64,000 nucleotides of DNA from Octopus sinensis. Its lineage: Eukaryota. The stretch covers positions 53,134,001 through 53,198,000 of the forward strand of contig NC_042997.1 in NCBI RefSeq assembly GCF_006345805.1. Reading direction: 5' to 3'. How positions within the stretch are numbered: the first letter of the stretch is position 1; each line of letters opens with the position of its first letter. Under the pieces are notes generated by a model. It worked only from the letters and a program-made list of their open reading frames with translations. It did not search any database and had not been told where the DNA came from. Positions 12,468-25,439 of the stretch are shown one piece after another. Made by a program: the position numbers and the translations under genes.

Positions 12468-13857
12468 TGATAGTAGTAAAGAAGTAAAGAAGCAGTACAC
12501 AGTAGGGTAGGGTAAAGTAGAGTGTTTATTTAATTTGGTAGACTAAAACCAATGCCATTATTCCCTCATGATGACCTAACAAACTGTGAAATTTTCGCAT
12601 AAGGAAATTACAAATAGTCATTGGTGTTGGTTTCAATCAACCAAATTAATTAAATGTTTATATACACACACACAGACACAAGCAGACACACACGCACACA
12701 CACAAGTAACATATGTATATGTAGTACCTGTGTGTGCTACATATATTCCATTGTAATGCTACAACTGTTAGTTTTGCAACAACATAAGTTTTTAGGTAAT
12801 GTTCCAGCTTCATATGTTGCTTGTCAATGTAAGAATGGACACGAATTGATTGTTTCATATGTTTGAATTTTGTGTAACACTCTATTGTCAATTAACAATT
12901 AGAAAATAAATAATTTACATCACCAGAACACAGTTACTAGGACACAGAAATACAATTTCTATTCTGAAATTGTGTCAATCTGCAGAAACTCCAGGAGAAA
13001 TTAGATATGTATGAAGCCATTATTACTTCTTGCATTATTCAGAACAGAATTGATTCTATGGATATGACTATAACAACATAACTATATACTTAGAAAATTG
13101 GAAAGTATTTTAGACTGCAACACATTTGAGTTCTGAAAATTAACAATATACCATATGTTATTTAATTGTGACTCTTTAGATAAAGCAGTAATTTATCTGA
13201 AATCAAATGCTTTTTAAACTTTTGCTCCTCAGAAAAGTTATCCATCTTGAAAAATCAAGCTAAAGTATTGAAAGCCACTCAGAATTTATCTTTTTATACC
13301 TTGACATGTGTTGGTACTTCTTTAAACACCTTAATAACATCTTAATAGGGGTAATAAAATTCTTGTAGAACACCCATTTCCTTTTTGTTTTCACTTTTCA
13401 ATTTCCTCTTCAAATACTATTTCCTACCTAATTAATAAAAAAAGTTAACGAGCTCCCTCCTTTTAAAAAAAGTACATGGGAATAATTTAACAAATTCTAT
13501 TACACATGCAGATACATTGAAATATATTTGTGTATGCATGAATATACATGTACATACCCTACTATTAAAAGAACAATACACTATCATACAGATGCATGTA
13601 CACATAAGGGAAATGGTCCAGACAGACAGGAAAGTACATGGACATTTTCAAACAGGCTTGTAAAAATTCAAATACTCACTTTACAAAGTTGAAATGTACA
13701 TCAAGACATATTAACAACACAAAATAGTCGCCAATACAAATGCATGGTTCACAATTCAAACAATGTAATAAAAAAAGCTCTATTCGTATCTTAACAAGCA
13801 ATGTATGAAAGTGGTGGAATATGAAACGTTACTGGAAGATATGTATATGTATATATG

Positions 13858-13896
<39 letters not shown>

Positions 13897-14442
13897 ATGT
13901 GTGTATTTGTATATATACATACACATACATATATATATATATATAATGAAGATAAATATGTGTGTGTATATGTATGTATGTATGTATGTATGTATATATA
14001 TATATAAAGAGAGAGAGATTCATATGTATATACATATATATAAAACGAAAATAATTATATGTGTATATATTGTGTGTATGAGCATACACACACACACACA
14101 GATTTATATATATGCATGTTACATAGCTATTCTCTTTATATAAAGATTCCTCATTCATACCTTCTTTGATATGAAGATGAATCATTAGATTCAAATATAA
14201 TTGCCTGCCACATGTTGTTATATTTGACAAGATCTTTTTAAAATGAATTTTGATTTCTTGAAAGATTTTCACTTTCTTATTTCACGAAATGAAATCAACC
14301 ATATAGAGATTTTACACATGTTTCCTAGATGTTAAAATGTCTTGCAAGGAATCGAAATAAAATTTGGTAATTCCATTTACCATAGATGCTACTAAATGCA
14401 TCTCATGATTTTAGAAACTTGATATTTCTGCTTTAAACTCAT

Positions 14443-17400
14443 TTACCGATCTTTTTCATCTGATGTAGTGAAATAGTCCATAAACTGTTTATATGTGTGA
14501 GTTGAAGCATGCTCAAGAACTGTGAGTAAGTCAATCTTCTGTTCATGATCTTGCTGTTCAATTTCTTTGACATCTGCAAAAATATCAGCTTCTTTTCCCT
14601 TTCCATCATCTTCTTCCAGTACAATTAATGGAGGCATCTTTGACTTTAGCTCCTCTACCACTGACATTAGTTGTGAAATTAGACCTGGCTCATCATCAGT
14701 TTTATCCTCACAAGTATCACCTTCACATGTGCTAGCCTCTTCTTCACTATCTGGGATACCATCACCATCATCATCATCATCTAAATAGTCAGGGACACCA
14801 TCGCCATCAGCATCTTCTTTATAGTCAGGTATACCATCACCATCAGAGTCTCCTTCCAAATCATCAGGGATACCATCCCCATCACTATCGGCATCTAAAT
14901 GGTCAGGTATACCATCACCATCACCGTCAGACTCTTCATCAGCATCAGGGATACCATCACCATCATCATCATCATCAAGATAATCTGGAATGCCATCACC
15001 GTCAGTATCTAAGTCTACATCAGCATTATCAATTTCTTGGGCATCGGGAATACCATCACCATCTGAATCAGGGTCTGCAAAATCAATGATACCATCACCA
15101 TCTTTATCATCATCTAAAGTATCAGGAATACCATCGTTGTCATCATCTTCATCAATATAATCAGGTATACCATCACCATCAGTGTCCTTCAAATAATCTG
15201 GGATACCATCACCATCACTGTCCAATACCAAGTGATCTGGGATACCATCACCATCATCATCATCATCAAGATAATCTGGGATACCATCACCATCGGCATC
15301 TTCTTTGTGGTCAGGGATACCATCGCCATCAGTATCTCCTTCTAAGTGATCAGGGATACCATCACCATCAGTATCTTCCTTGTAGTCTGGGATACCATCA
15401 CCATCACTGTCTCCCTCAAGATGGTCAGGGATACCATCACCATCATCATCATTGTCAAGATAATCTGGGATGCCATCACCATCAGCATCCTCCTTGTAGT
15501 CTGGGATACCATCACCATCACTGTCCCCTTCAAGGTGGTCTGGAATACCATCACCATCATCATCATCATCCAGATAATCTGGGATACCATCACCATCAGC
15601 ATCTTCCTTGTAATCAGGGATACCATCACCATCACTGTCCCCTTCAAGGTGGTCAGGGATACCATCACCATCATCATCATCATCAAGATGATCTGGGATA
15701 CCATCACCATCAGCATCCTCCTTGTAATCTGGGATACCATCACCATCACTGTCTCCCTCAAGATGGTCAGGGATTCCATCACCATCATCATCATCATCAA
15801 GATAATCTGGAATACCATCACCATCAGCATCTTCCTTGTAATCTGGGATACCATCACCATCACTGTCTCCTTCTAAATGATCAGGGATACCATCACCATC
15901 ATCATCATCATCCAGATAATCAGGAATACCATCACCATCAGCATCTTCCTTGTAGTCTGGGATACCATCACCATCACTGTCTCCTTCTAAGTGATCAGGG
16001 ATACCATCACCATCATCATCATCGTCAAGATAATCTGGGATACCATCACCATCGGCATCTTCCTTGTAATCTGGGATACCATCACCATCACTGTCTCCCT
16101 CAAGATGGTCAGGGATTCCATCACCATCATCATCATCGTCCAAGTAATCTGGGATACCATCGCCATCAGCATCTTCCTTGTAATCTGGGATACCATCACC
16201 ATCACTGTCCCCTTCTAGGTGGTCAGGGATACCATCACCATCATCATCATCATCCAGATGATCAGGGATACCATCGCCATCAGCATCTTCCTTGTAATCT
16301 GGGATACCATCACCATCACTGTCTCCTTCGAGGTGGTCAGGGATACCATCACCATCATCATCATCATCGAGATAATCTGGGATACCATCACCATCAGCAT
16401 CTTCCTTGTAATCTGGGATACCATCACCATCACTGTCTCCTTCGAGGTGGTCAGGGATACCATCACCATCATCATCATCATCGAGATAATCTGGGATACC
16501 ATCACCATCAGCATCTTCCTTGTAATCTGGGATACCATCACCATCACTGTCTCCTTCGAGGTGGTCAGGGATACCATCACCATCATCATCATCATCAAGA
16601 TAATCTGGGATACCATCACCATCAGCATCTTCCTTGTAATCTGGGATACCATCACCATCACTGTCTCCTTCTAAGTGATCAGGGATACCATCACCATCAT
16701 CATCATCATCCAGATAATCTGGGATACCATCACCATCGGCATCTTCCTTGTAATCTGGGATACCATCACCATCACTGTCTCCCTCTAGGTGGTCAGGGAT
16801 ACCATCACCATCATCATCATCGTCGAGATAATCTGGAATGCCATCACCATCAGCATCTTCCTTGTAATCTGGAATGCCATCACCATCACTATCTCCCTCG
16901 AGGTGGTCAGGGATACCATCACCATCATCGTCATCGTCAAGATAATCTGGGATGCCATCACCATCAGCATCTTCCTTGTAATCTGGGATACCATCACCAT
17001 CACTGTCTCCTTCTAAATGATCAGGGATACCATCACCATCATCATCATCATCAAGATAATCTGGAATACCATCACCATCAGCATCCTCCTTGTAGTCTGG
17101 GATACCATCACCATCACTATCTCCCTCGAGGTGGTCAGGGATACCATCACCATCATCATCATCGTCAAGATAATCTGGGATGCCATCACCATCAGCATCT
17201 TCCTTATAATCTGGAATACCATCACCATCACTGTCTCCCTCTAGGTGGTCAGGGATACCATCACCATCATCATCATCGTCAAGATAATCGGGGATACCAT
17301 CACCATCAGCATCTTCCTTGTAGTCTGGGATACCATCACCATCACTATCTCCCTCGAGGTGGTCAGGGATACCATCACCGTCATCATCATCGTCAAGATA

Positions 17401-20400
17401 ATCTGGGATACCATCACCATCAGCATCTTCCTTATAATCTGGAATACCATCACCATCACTGTCTCCCTCTAGGTGGTCAGGGATACCATCACCATCATCA
17501 TCATCGTCAAGATAATCTGGGATACCATCACCATCAGCATCTTCCTTGTAGTCTGGGATACCGTCACCATCACTGTCTCCTTCTAAGTGATCAGGGATAC
17601 CATCACCATCATCATCATCATCCAGATAATCTGGGATACCATCACCATCAGCATCTTCTTTATAGTCCGGGATACCATCACCATCACTGTCTCCCTCAAG
17701 GTGGTCAGGGATACCATCACCATCATCATCATCGTCAAGATAATCTGGGATACCATCACCATCAGCATCTTCTTTGTAGTCTGGGATACCGTCACCATCA
17801 CTGTCTCCTTCTAAGTGATCAGGGATACCATCACCATCATCATCATCATCCAGATAATCTGGGATACCATCACCATCAGCATCTTCCTTGTAATCTGGGA
17901 TACCATCACCATCACTGTCACCCTCGAGGTGGTCAGGGATACCATCACCATCATCATCATCATCCAGATAATCTGGGATACCATCACCATCAGCATCTTC
18001 CTTGTAATCTGGGATACCATCACCATCACTGTCTCCCTCAAGGTGGTCAGGGATACCATCACCATCATCATCATCGTCAAGATAATCTGGGATACCATCA
18101 CCATCAGCATCTTCCTTGTAGTCTGGGATACCGTCACCATCACTGTCTCCTTCTAAGTGATCAGGGATACCATCACCATCATCATCATCGTCAAGATAAT
18201 CTGGGATACCATCACCATCGGCATCTTCCTTGTAATCTGGAATTCCATCACCATCACTGTCTCCCTCAAGGTGGTCAGGGATACCATCACCATCATCATC
18301 ATCGTCAAGATAATCTGGAATACCATCACCATCAGCATCTTCCTTGTAATCTGGGATACCATCACCATCACTGTCTCCTTCTAAGTGATCAGGGATACCA
18401 TCACCATCATCATCATCATCCAGATAATCTGGGATACCATCACCATCGGCATCTTCCTTGTAATCTGGGATACCATCACCATCACTGTCTCCCTCTAGGT
18501 GGTCAGGGATACCATCACCATCATCATCATCGTCGAGATAATCTGGAATGCCATCACCATCAGCATCTTCCTTGTAATCTGGAATGCCATCACCATCACT
18601 ATCTCCCTCGAGGTGGTCAGGAATACCATCACCATCATCATCATTGTCAAGATAATCTGGGATGCCATCACCATCAGCATCTTCCTTGTAATCTGGAATA
18701 CCATCACCATCACTGTCTCCCTCAAGGTGGTCAGGGATACCATCACCATCATCATCATCGTCAAGATAATCTGGAATACCATCACCATCAGCATCTTCCT
18801 TGTAATCTGGAATTCCATCACCATCACTGTCTCCCTCAAGGTGGTCAGGGATACCATCACCATCATCATCATCGTCAAGATAATCTGGATACCATCACCA
18901 TCACTGTCTCCTTCTAAGTGATCAGGGATACCATCACCATCAGCATCTTCCTTGTAATCTGGGATACCATCGCCATCACTATCTCCTTCTAAGTGATCTG
19001 GGATACCATCACCATCACTGTCTCCTTCTAAGTGATCAGGGATACCATCACCATCATCATCATCATCCAGATAATCTGGGATACCATCACCATCAGCATC
19101 TTCCTTGTAATCTGGGATACCATCACCATCACTGTCTCCCTCTAGGTGGTCAGGGATACCATCACCATCATCATCATCGTCGAGATAATCTGGAATGCCA
19201 TCACCATCAGCATCTTCCTTGTAATCTGGAATGCCATCACCATCACTATCTCCCTCGAGGTGGTCAGGAATACCATCACCATCATCATCATTGTCAAGAT
19301 AATCTGGGATGCCATCACCATCAGCATCTTCCTTGTAATCTGGAATACCATCACCATCACTGTCTCCCTCAAGGTGGTCAGGGATACCATCACCATCATC
19401 ATCATCGTCAAGATAGTCTGGGATGCCGTCACCATCAGCATCTTCCTTGTAATCTGGGATACCATCGCCATCACTATCTCCTTCTAAGTGATCAGGAATA
19501 CCATCACCATCATCATCATCATCGAGATAATCTGGTATACCATCTCCATCTGTATCCTTTTTGTAATCCATGATTTTATTGCCTTTTCTGTCTTTTTCTA
19601 ACTTATCCGGTATACCATTACCATTCGCATCACAGTCTAGATAATCTGGTATGCCATCACCATCTGTATCTTCTTTATAATCCAATATTCCATTACCATC
19701 TGAGTCAACTTCTAATTTATCAGGTATATTGTTTCCATTTGCATCATCATCGAGATAGTCTGGGATACCATCACCATCTGTATCTTTACTTCGTGACGAT
19801 GGCAGAATTTTACCATCAGCATTAATATCTGTATCTAGCTTGTCTGGAATACCATCACCATCACTGTCTATTTCTAAATGGTCAGGGATACCATCACCAT
19901 CATCATCATCATCCAGATAATCTGGAATACCATCACCATCAGCATCTTCCTTGTAATCTGGGATTCCATCACCATCACTGTCTCCCTCGAGGTGGTCAGG
20001 TATGCCATCACCATCATCATCATTATCAAGATGATCTGGGATGCCATCACCATCAGCATCTTCCTTGTAATCTGGAATTCCATCACCGTCACTATCTCCC
20101 TCTAGGTGGTCAGGGATACCATCACCATCATCATCATCATCAAGATAATCTGGGATACCATCACCATCAGCATCTTCCTTGTAATCTGGGATGCCATCAC
20201 CATCACTGTCTCCCTCGAGGTGGTCAGGGATTCCATCACCATCATCATCATCATCCAGATAATCTGGGATACCATCACCATCAGCGTCTTCCTTGTAATC
20301 TGGGATTCCATCACCATCACTGTCTCCCTCAAGGTGGTCAGGGATACCATCACCATCATCATCATCGTCAAGATAATCGGGGATACCATCACCATCAGCA

Positions 20401-23400
20401 TCTTCCTTGTAATCTGGGATACCATCACCATCACTGTCTCCCTCGAGGTGATCAGGGATACCATCACCATCATCATCATTATCGAGATGATCTGGGATAC
20501 CATCACCATCAGCATCTTCCTTGTAATCTGGAATACCATCACCATCACTATCTCCCTCTAGGTGGTCAGGGATACCATCACCATCATCATCATCATCCAG
20601 ATAATCTGGGATACCATCACCATCAGCATCTTCCTTGTAATCTGGGATTCCATCACCATCACTGTCTCCCTCGAGGTGGTCAGGGATGCCATCACCATCA
20701 TCATCATCATCGAGATAATCTGGGATACCATCACCATCAGCATCTTCTTTATAGTCCGGAATACCATCACCATCACTGTCTCCCTCGAGGTGGTCAGGGA
20801 TACCATCACCATCATCATCATCATCCAGATAATCTGGGATACCATCACCATCAGCATCTTCCTTGTAATCTGGGATTCCATCACCATCGCTGTCTCCCTC
20901 AAGGTGGTCAGGGATACCATCACCATCATCATCATTATCGAGATGATCTGGGATACCATCACCATCAGCATCTTCCTTGTAATCTGGAATACCATCACCG
21001 TCACTATCTCCCTCTAGGTGGTCAGGTATACCATCACCATCTTTGTCGCCTTCCAAATGGTCAGGAATACCATCTCCATCATCATCATCGTCAAGATAAT
21101 CTGGGATACCATCACCATCAGCATCTTCTTTATAGTCCGGGATACCATCACCATCACTGTCTCCCTCGAGGTGATCAGGGATACCATCACCATCATCATC
21201 ATCGTCAAGATAATCTGGAATACCATCACCATCAGCATCTTCCTTATAGTCAGGGATACCGTCACCATCGCTGTCGCCCTCAAGATGGTCTGGAATGCCA
21301 TCACCATCATCATCATCATCGAGATAATCTGGTATACCGTCACCATCAGCATCTTCCTTGTAATCTGGAATACCATCACCGTCACTGTCTCCCTCGAGGT
21401 GGTCAGGGATACCATCACCATCATCATCATTATCCAGATAATCTGGGATACCATCACCATCAGCATCTTCCTTATAATCTGGGATACCATCACCATCACT
21501 ATCTCCCTCAAGGTGGTCAGGGATACCATCACCATCATCATCATCATCGAGATAATCTGGGATACCATCACCATCAGCATCTTCCTTGTAATCTGGGATA
21601 CCATCACCATCACTGTCTCCTTCTAAGTGATCAGGGATACCATCACCATCTTTGTCGACTTCTAAATGCTCAGGGATACCATCACCATCATCATCATCAT
21701 CAAGATAATCTGGGATACCATCGCCATCAGCATCTTCCTTGTAATCTGGAATACCATCACCGTCACTGTCTCCCTCGAGGTGGTCTGGGATACCATCACC
21801 ATCATCATCATTATCCAGATAATCTGGGATACCATCACCATCAGCATCTTCCTTATAATCTGGGATACCATCACCATCACTGTCTCCCTCGAGGTGATCA
21901 GGTATACCATCACCATCATCATCGTCATCAAGATAATCTGGGATACCATCGCCATCAGCATCTTCTTTATAGTCCGGGATACCATCACCATCACTGTCTC
22001 CCTCTAGGTGATCAGGAATGCCATCACCATCATCATCGTCATCAAGATAATCTGGGATACCATCACCATCTGCATCTTCCTTGTAATCTGGGATGCCATC
22101 ACCATCACTGTCTCCCTCAAGGTGGTCAGGGATACCATCACCATCATCGTCATCATCAAGATAATCTGGGATACCATCACCATCAGCGTCTTCCTTGTAA
22201 TCTGGAATACCATCACCATCACTGTCTCCCTCTAAGTGGTCAGGAATACCATCACCATCATCATCATTATCGAGATGATCTGGGATACCATCACCATCAG
22301 CATCTTCCTTGTAATCGGGAATACCATCACCATCACTATCTCCCTCGAGGTGGTCCGGGATACCATCACCATCATCATCATCATCCAGATAATCGGGGAT
22401 ACCATCACCATCAGCATCTTCCTTATAATCTGGAATACCATCACCGTCACTGTCTCCCTCTAAGTGGTCAGGAATACCATCACCATCATCATCATTATCA
22501 AGATGATCTGGGATACCATCACCATCAGCATCTTCCTTGTAATCGGGAATACCATCACCATCACTATCTCCCTCGAGGTGGTCCGGTATACCATCACCAT
22601 CATCATCATCATCCAGATGATCAGGGATACCATCGCCATCAGCATCTTCCTTATAATCTGGAATACCATCACCATCACTGTCTCCCTCTAGGTGGTCAGG
22701 GATACCATCACCATCATCATCATCATCAAGATAATCTGGGATACCATCACCATCAGCATCCTCCTTGTAATCTGGTATACCATCACCATCACTGTCTCCT
22801 TCTAGGTGGTCAGGGATACCATCACCATCATCGTCATCATCGAGATGGTCTGGGATACCATCACCATCAGCGTCTTCCTTGTAATCTGGGATTCCATCAC
22901 CATCACTGTCTCCTTCTAGGTGGTCAGGAATACCATCACCATCATCATCATCATCAAGATAATCTGGGATACCATCACCATCAGCATCCTCCTTGTAATC
23001 TGGGATACCATCACCATCACTGTCTCCTTCTAGGTGGTCAGGGATTCCATCACCATCATCGTCATCATCGAGATGGTCTGGGATACCATCACCATCAGCG
23101 TCTTCCTTGTAATCTGGTATACCATCACCGTCACTATCTCCCTCAAGGTGGTCAGGGATGCCATCACCATCATCGTCATCATCCAGATAATCTGGGATAC
23201 CATCACCATCAGCATCTTCCTTGTAATCTGGGATCCCATCACCATCACTGTCCCCTTCTAAATGGTCAGGGATACCATCGCCATCATCATCATTGTCGAG
23301 ATAATCTGGGATACCATCACCATCAGCATCTTCCTTGTAATCTGGGATACCATCACCATCACTGTCTCCCTCTAGGTTGTCAGGGATACCATCACCATCA

Positions 23401-23702
23401 TCATCATCGTCGAGATAATCTGGAATGCCATCACCATCAGCATCTTCCTTATAATCTGGAATACCATCACCATCACTGTCTCCCTCTAGGTGGTCAGGGA
23501 TACCATCACCATCATCATCATCATCAAGATAATCTGGGATACCATCACCATCAGCATCTTCCTTGTAATCTGGGATACCGTCACCATCACTGTCTCTCTT
23601 TAGGTGATTAGGGATACCGTGTCCACCACTGTCCTTCTTCAGTTTTGCAGAGCTGGTTTTCGCATCAATCGAAAGTATTTTTCTTTTACAAAATGTGCAG
23701 AC
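14443..23702 (-). CDS. Giant exon encoding an about 3,085-aa Asp-rich protein segment of tandem TSP3-like (DxDGDGIPDxxD/E) Ca2+-binding repeats; one 1-bp frameshift at about 18888
   Basis: ORF track 18495..23759 and 14443..16143 lie in frames offset by one base. The offset is explained by ctggat versus the usual ctgggat at 18885-18890. Strong acceptor tctttttttcttttTAAG|GTC at 23704-23702. Unit [38 protein letters not shown] (114 bp), with unit-to-unit changes mostly at third codon positions. Unique N-terminal (VCTFCKRK...) and C-terminal (...[10 protein letters not shown]) flanks are in the same frame. Confidence 0.88.
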
Positions 23703-25439
23703 CTTAAAAAGAAAAAAAGAAAATATCTTACTATATTTGTAATATGGATTTTTGTACAAATCATTTTTTTTTTTTTCTTCATGTGGTGCAAGATGTACTG
23801 AATTGTTACAGCTTTCGTTTTAGGAAGTTGAAGGTTTATATTTGATTTCTGTGCAATACCGCACATGCAGTAAGTTTTGATAGTAAAATTTTGAAAGCTG
23901 TTTGTATCAAATGAACTGCATCTAAAATTCAAAGGATCAACCTCTATATACATATTGACACACAATTTGTATGATTATTATGTTTGGCCAAAAACATCTG
24001 AATCATACTTGACAACTTATACAATTCCTTTTATGAAATAGCTCAAACAATCATCTGTGGAATTAATGTGATCCATCATTATGTATTTTATTGTATCTAT
24101 TTACATGTTTACATATTTTATAATATCCTATTTAAATTATATTTATTGTCATAGTTATCATTTAGGTCTGTTGTTGCTTTCAACTTCAATATATGTTAAC
24201 ATTTGCTTAAGGTATTCCAGCCATGACCATCTCATCTTTTTGAAGTCTCTAGAACTACATTATTTGATAATATGCAATGTTTTTTCTCAAGACAGAAGAG
24301 TGATGTTTGACTGATATTTGGTTTTTATTTTTAGTAGGTCTGGCAGCTACTAAGATGCTCCCCATGATTTATGTTTATTGTTTGATAAGGTGGTGTAATG
24401 GAAGAAATCAAAATTCAGGAATTACCTTATTAGATTTCATTATCATATATTGTTTAAATTCACTGAATTCACCTATGTCTTTCAACTTGGGACTGATAAA
24501 ATAAGTACCAGTCATTTATTAGGGTTAATTCTATTTGTTATACAATTATCTCCTAAAAGGTACATGACATTGTAGGAATCATGTCATTATTAGCTTTGCT
24601 ATCATTGTCATCATTATTATTATTGATGGGCTGGCAGAATTGTTATTATGCTGGGCAAAATGCTAAGCAGCACTTTGTCCATCTTCGTGTTCTGAGTTCA
24701 AATTCTGCTCTGCTTTTCATTCTTTTGGGGTCAATAAATTAAGTACCTGTGAAACACTGGGGTTGACGTGATCAGCTAGTCTCCTCTGCCAAAATTTCAG
24801 GCTTTGTGCTTTCAGTAGAAAGGGCTGTTATTATTATTATTATTATTATTGTTATTATTATTATTGGTGAGCTGGCAGAATTGTTAGCATGCTGGGCCAA
24901 ATGCTTAGTGGCGTTTCACCCATCATTATGTTCTAACTTCAAATTCCAACAGGGTTGTCTTTGCCTTTCCTCATTTTGGGGTCAATAAAAAATAAGTACT
25001 GGTTGTGCAATGGGGTTGATACAATCAACTTATCTCCTCTCCTGAACTGGCCAACCTTGTGCTAAAATTTGAAATCATTATTGTTGTTGTTGTTGTTGTT
25101 ATTATTAGTGAGAATGCATGAGTGCAATAAATTTCTCATTCTCTTTGTATACTCTCTGCTGGTGATTTGTTTCATTTCTTCATATTATATTTCATCCGCT
25201 TTCAGTATCCCCAAATACTTATATCACTGTCCTTTCTCAACCTCTTTTATTGTTTGCCCATTTGGCATTTCAATACCCTACCTTCCTTCAAATCTTACTC
25301 ATTTCATTTTCAACATAGTGTACATATCCATAAAAAGATGATTTATCTGACCATATCCTTTTCCCAAATCATAAGCTATTTTAACTTTATGCAATATCAA
25401 ACTGAGTGGTATAATGGCCAATATAAATAGTAGTGGAGA

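Noticed and set aside
15342-23261. Dozens of Met/Val-rich (MMVMVSQIT...) and Ile/Thr-rich ([11 protein letters not shown]...) ORFs
   Set aside because: These are alternate-frame and antisense shadows of the GAT-rich Asp repeat. They are broken by stops at the 114-bp period while the Asp frame stays open.
14443-23702. Calling the Asp-rich ORF thrombospondin/COMP, or a bacterial contaminant or HGT adhesin
   Set aside because: It lacks interleaved Cys, EGF and the L-lectin C-domain. It has a eukaryotic splice acceptor and sits among host SINEs and microsatellites next to a spliced GRP94.
23703-23759. ATG at 23759 (MYKNPYY...FSFFLFK) as the start of the giant ORF
   Set aside because: The segment is the polypyrimidine tract of a strong acceptor and has no signal peptide. 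It is better read as intron.
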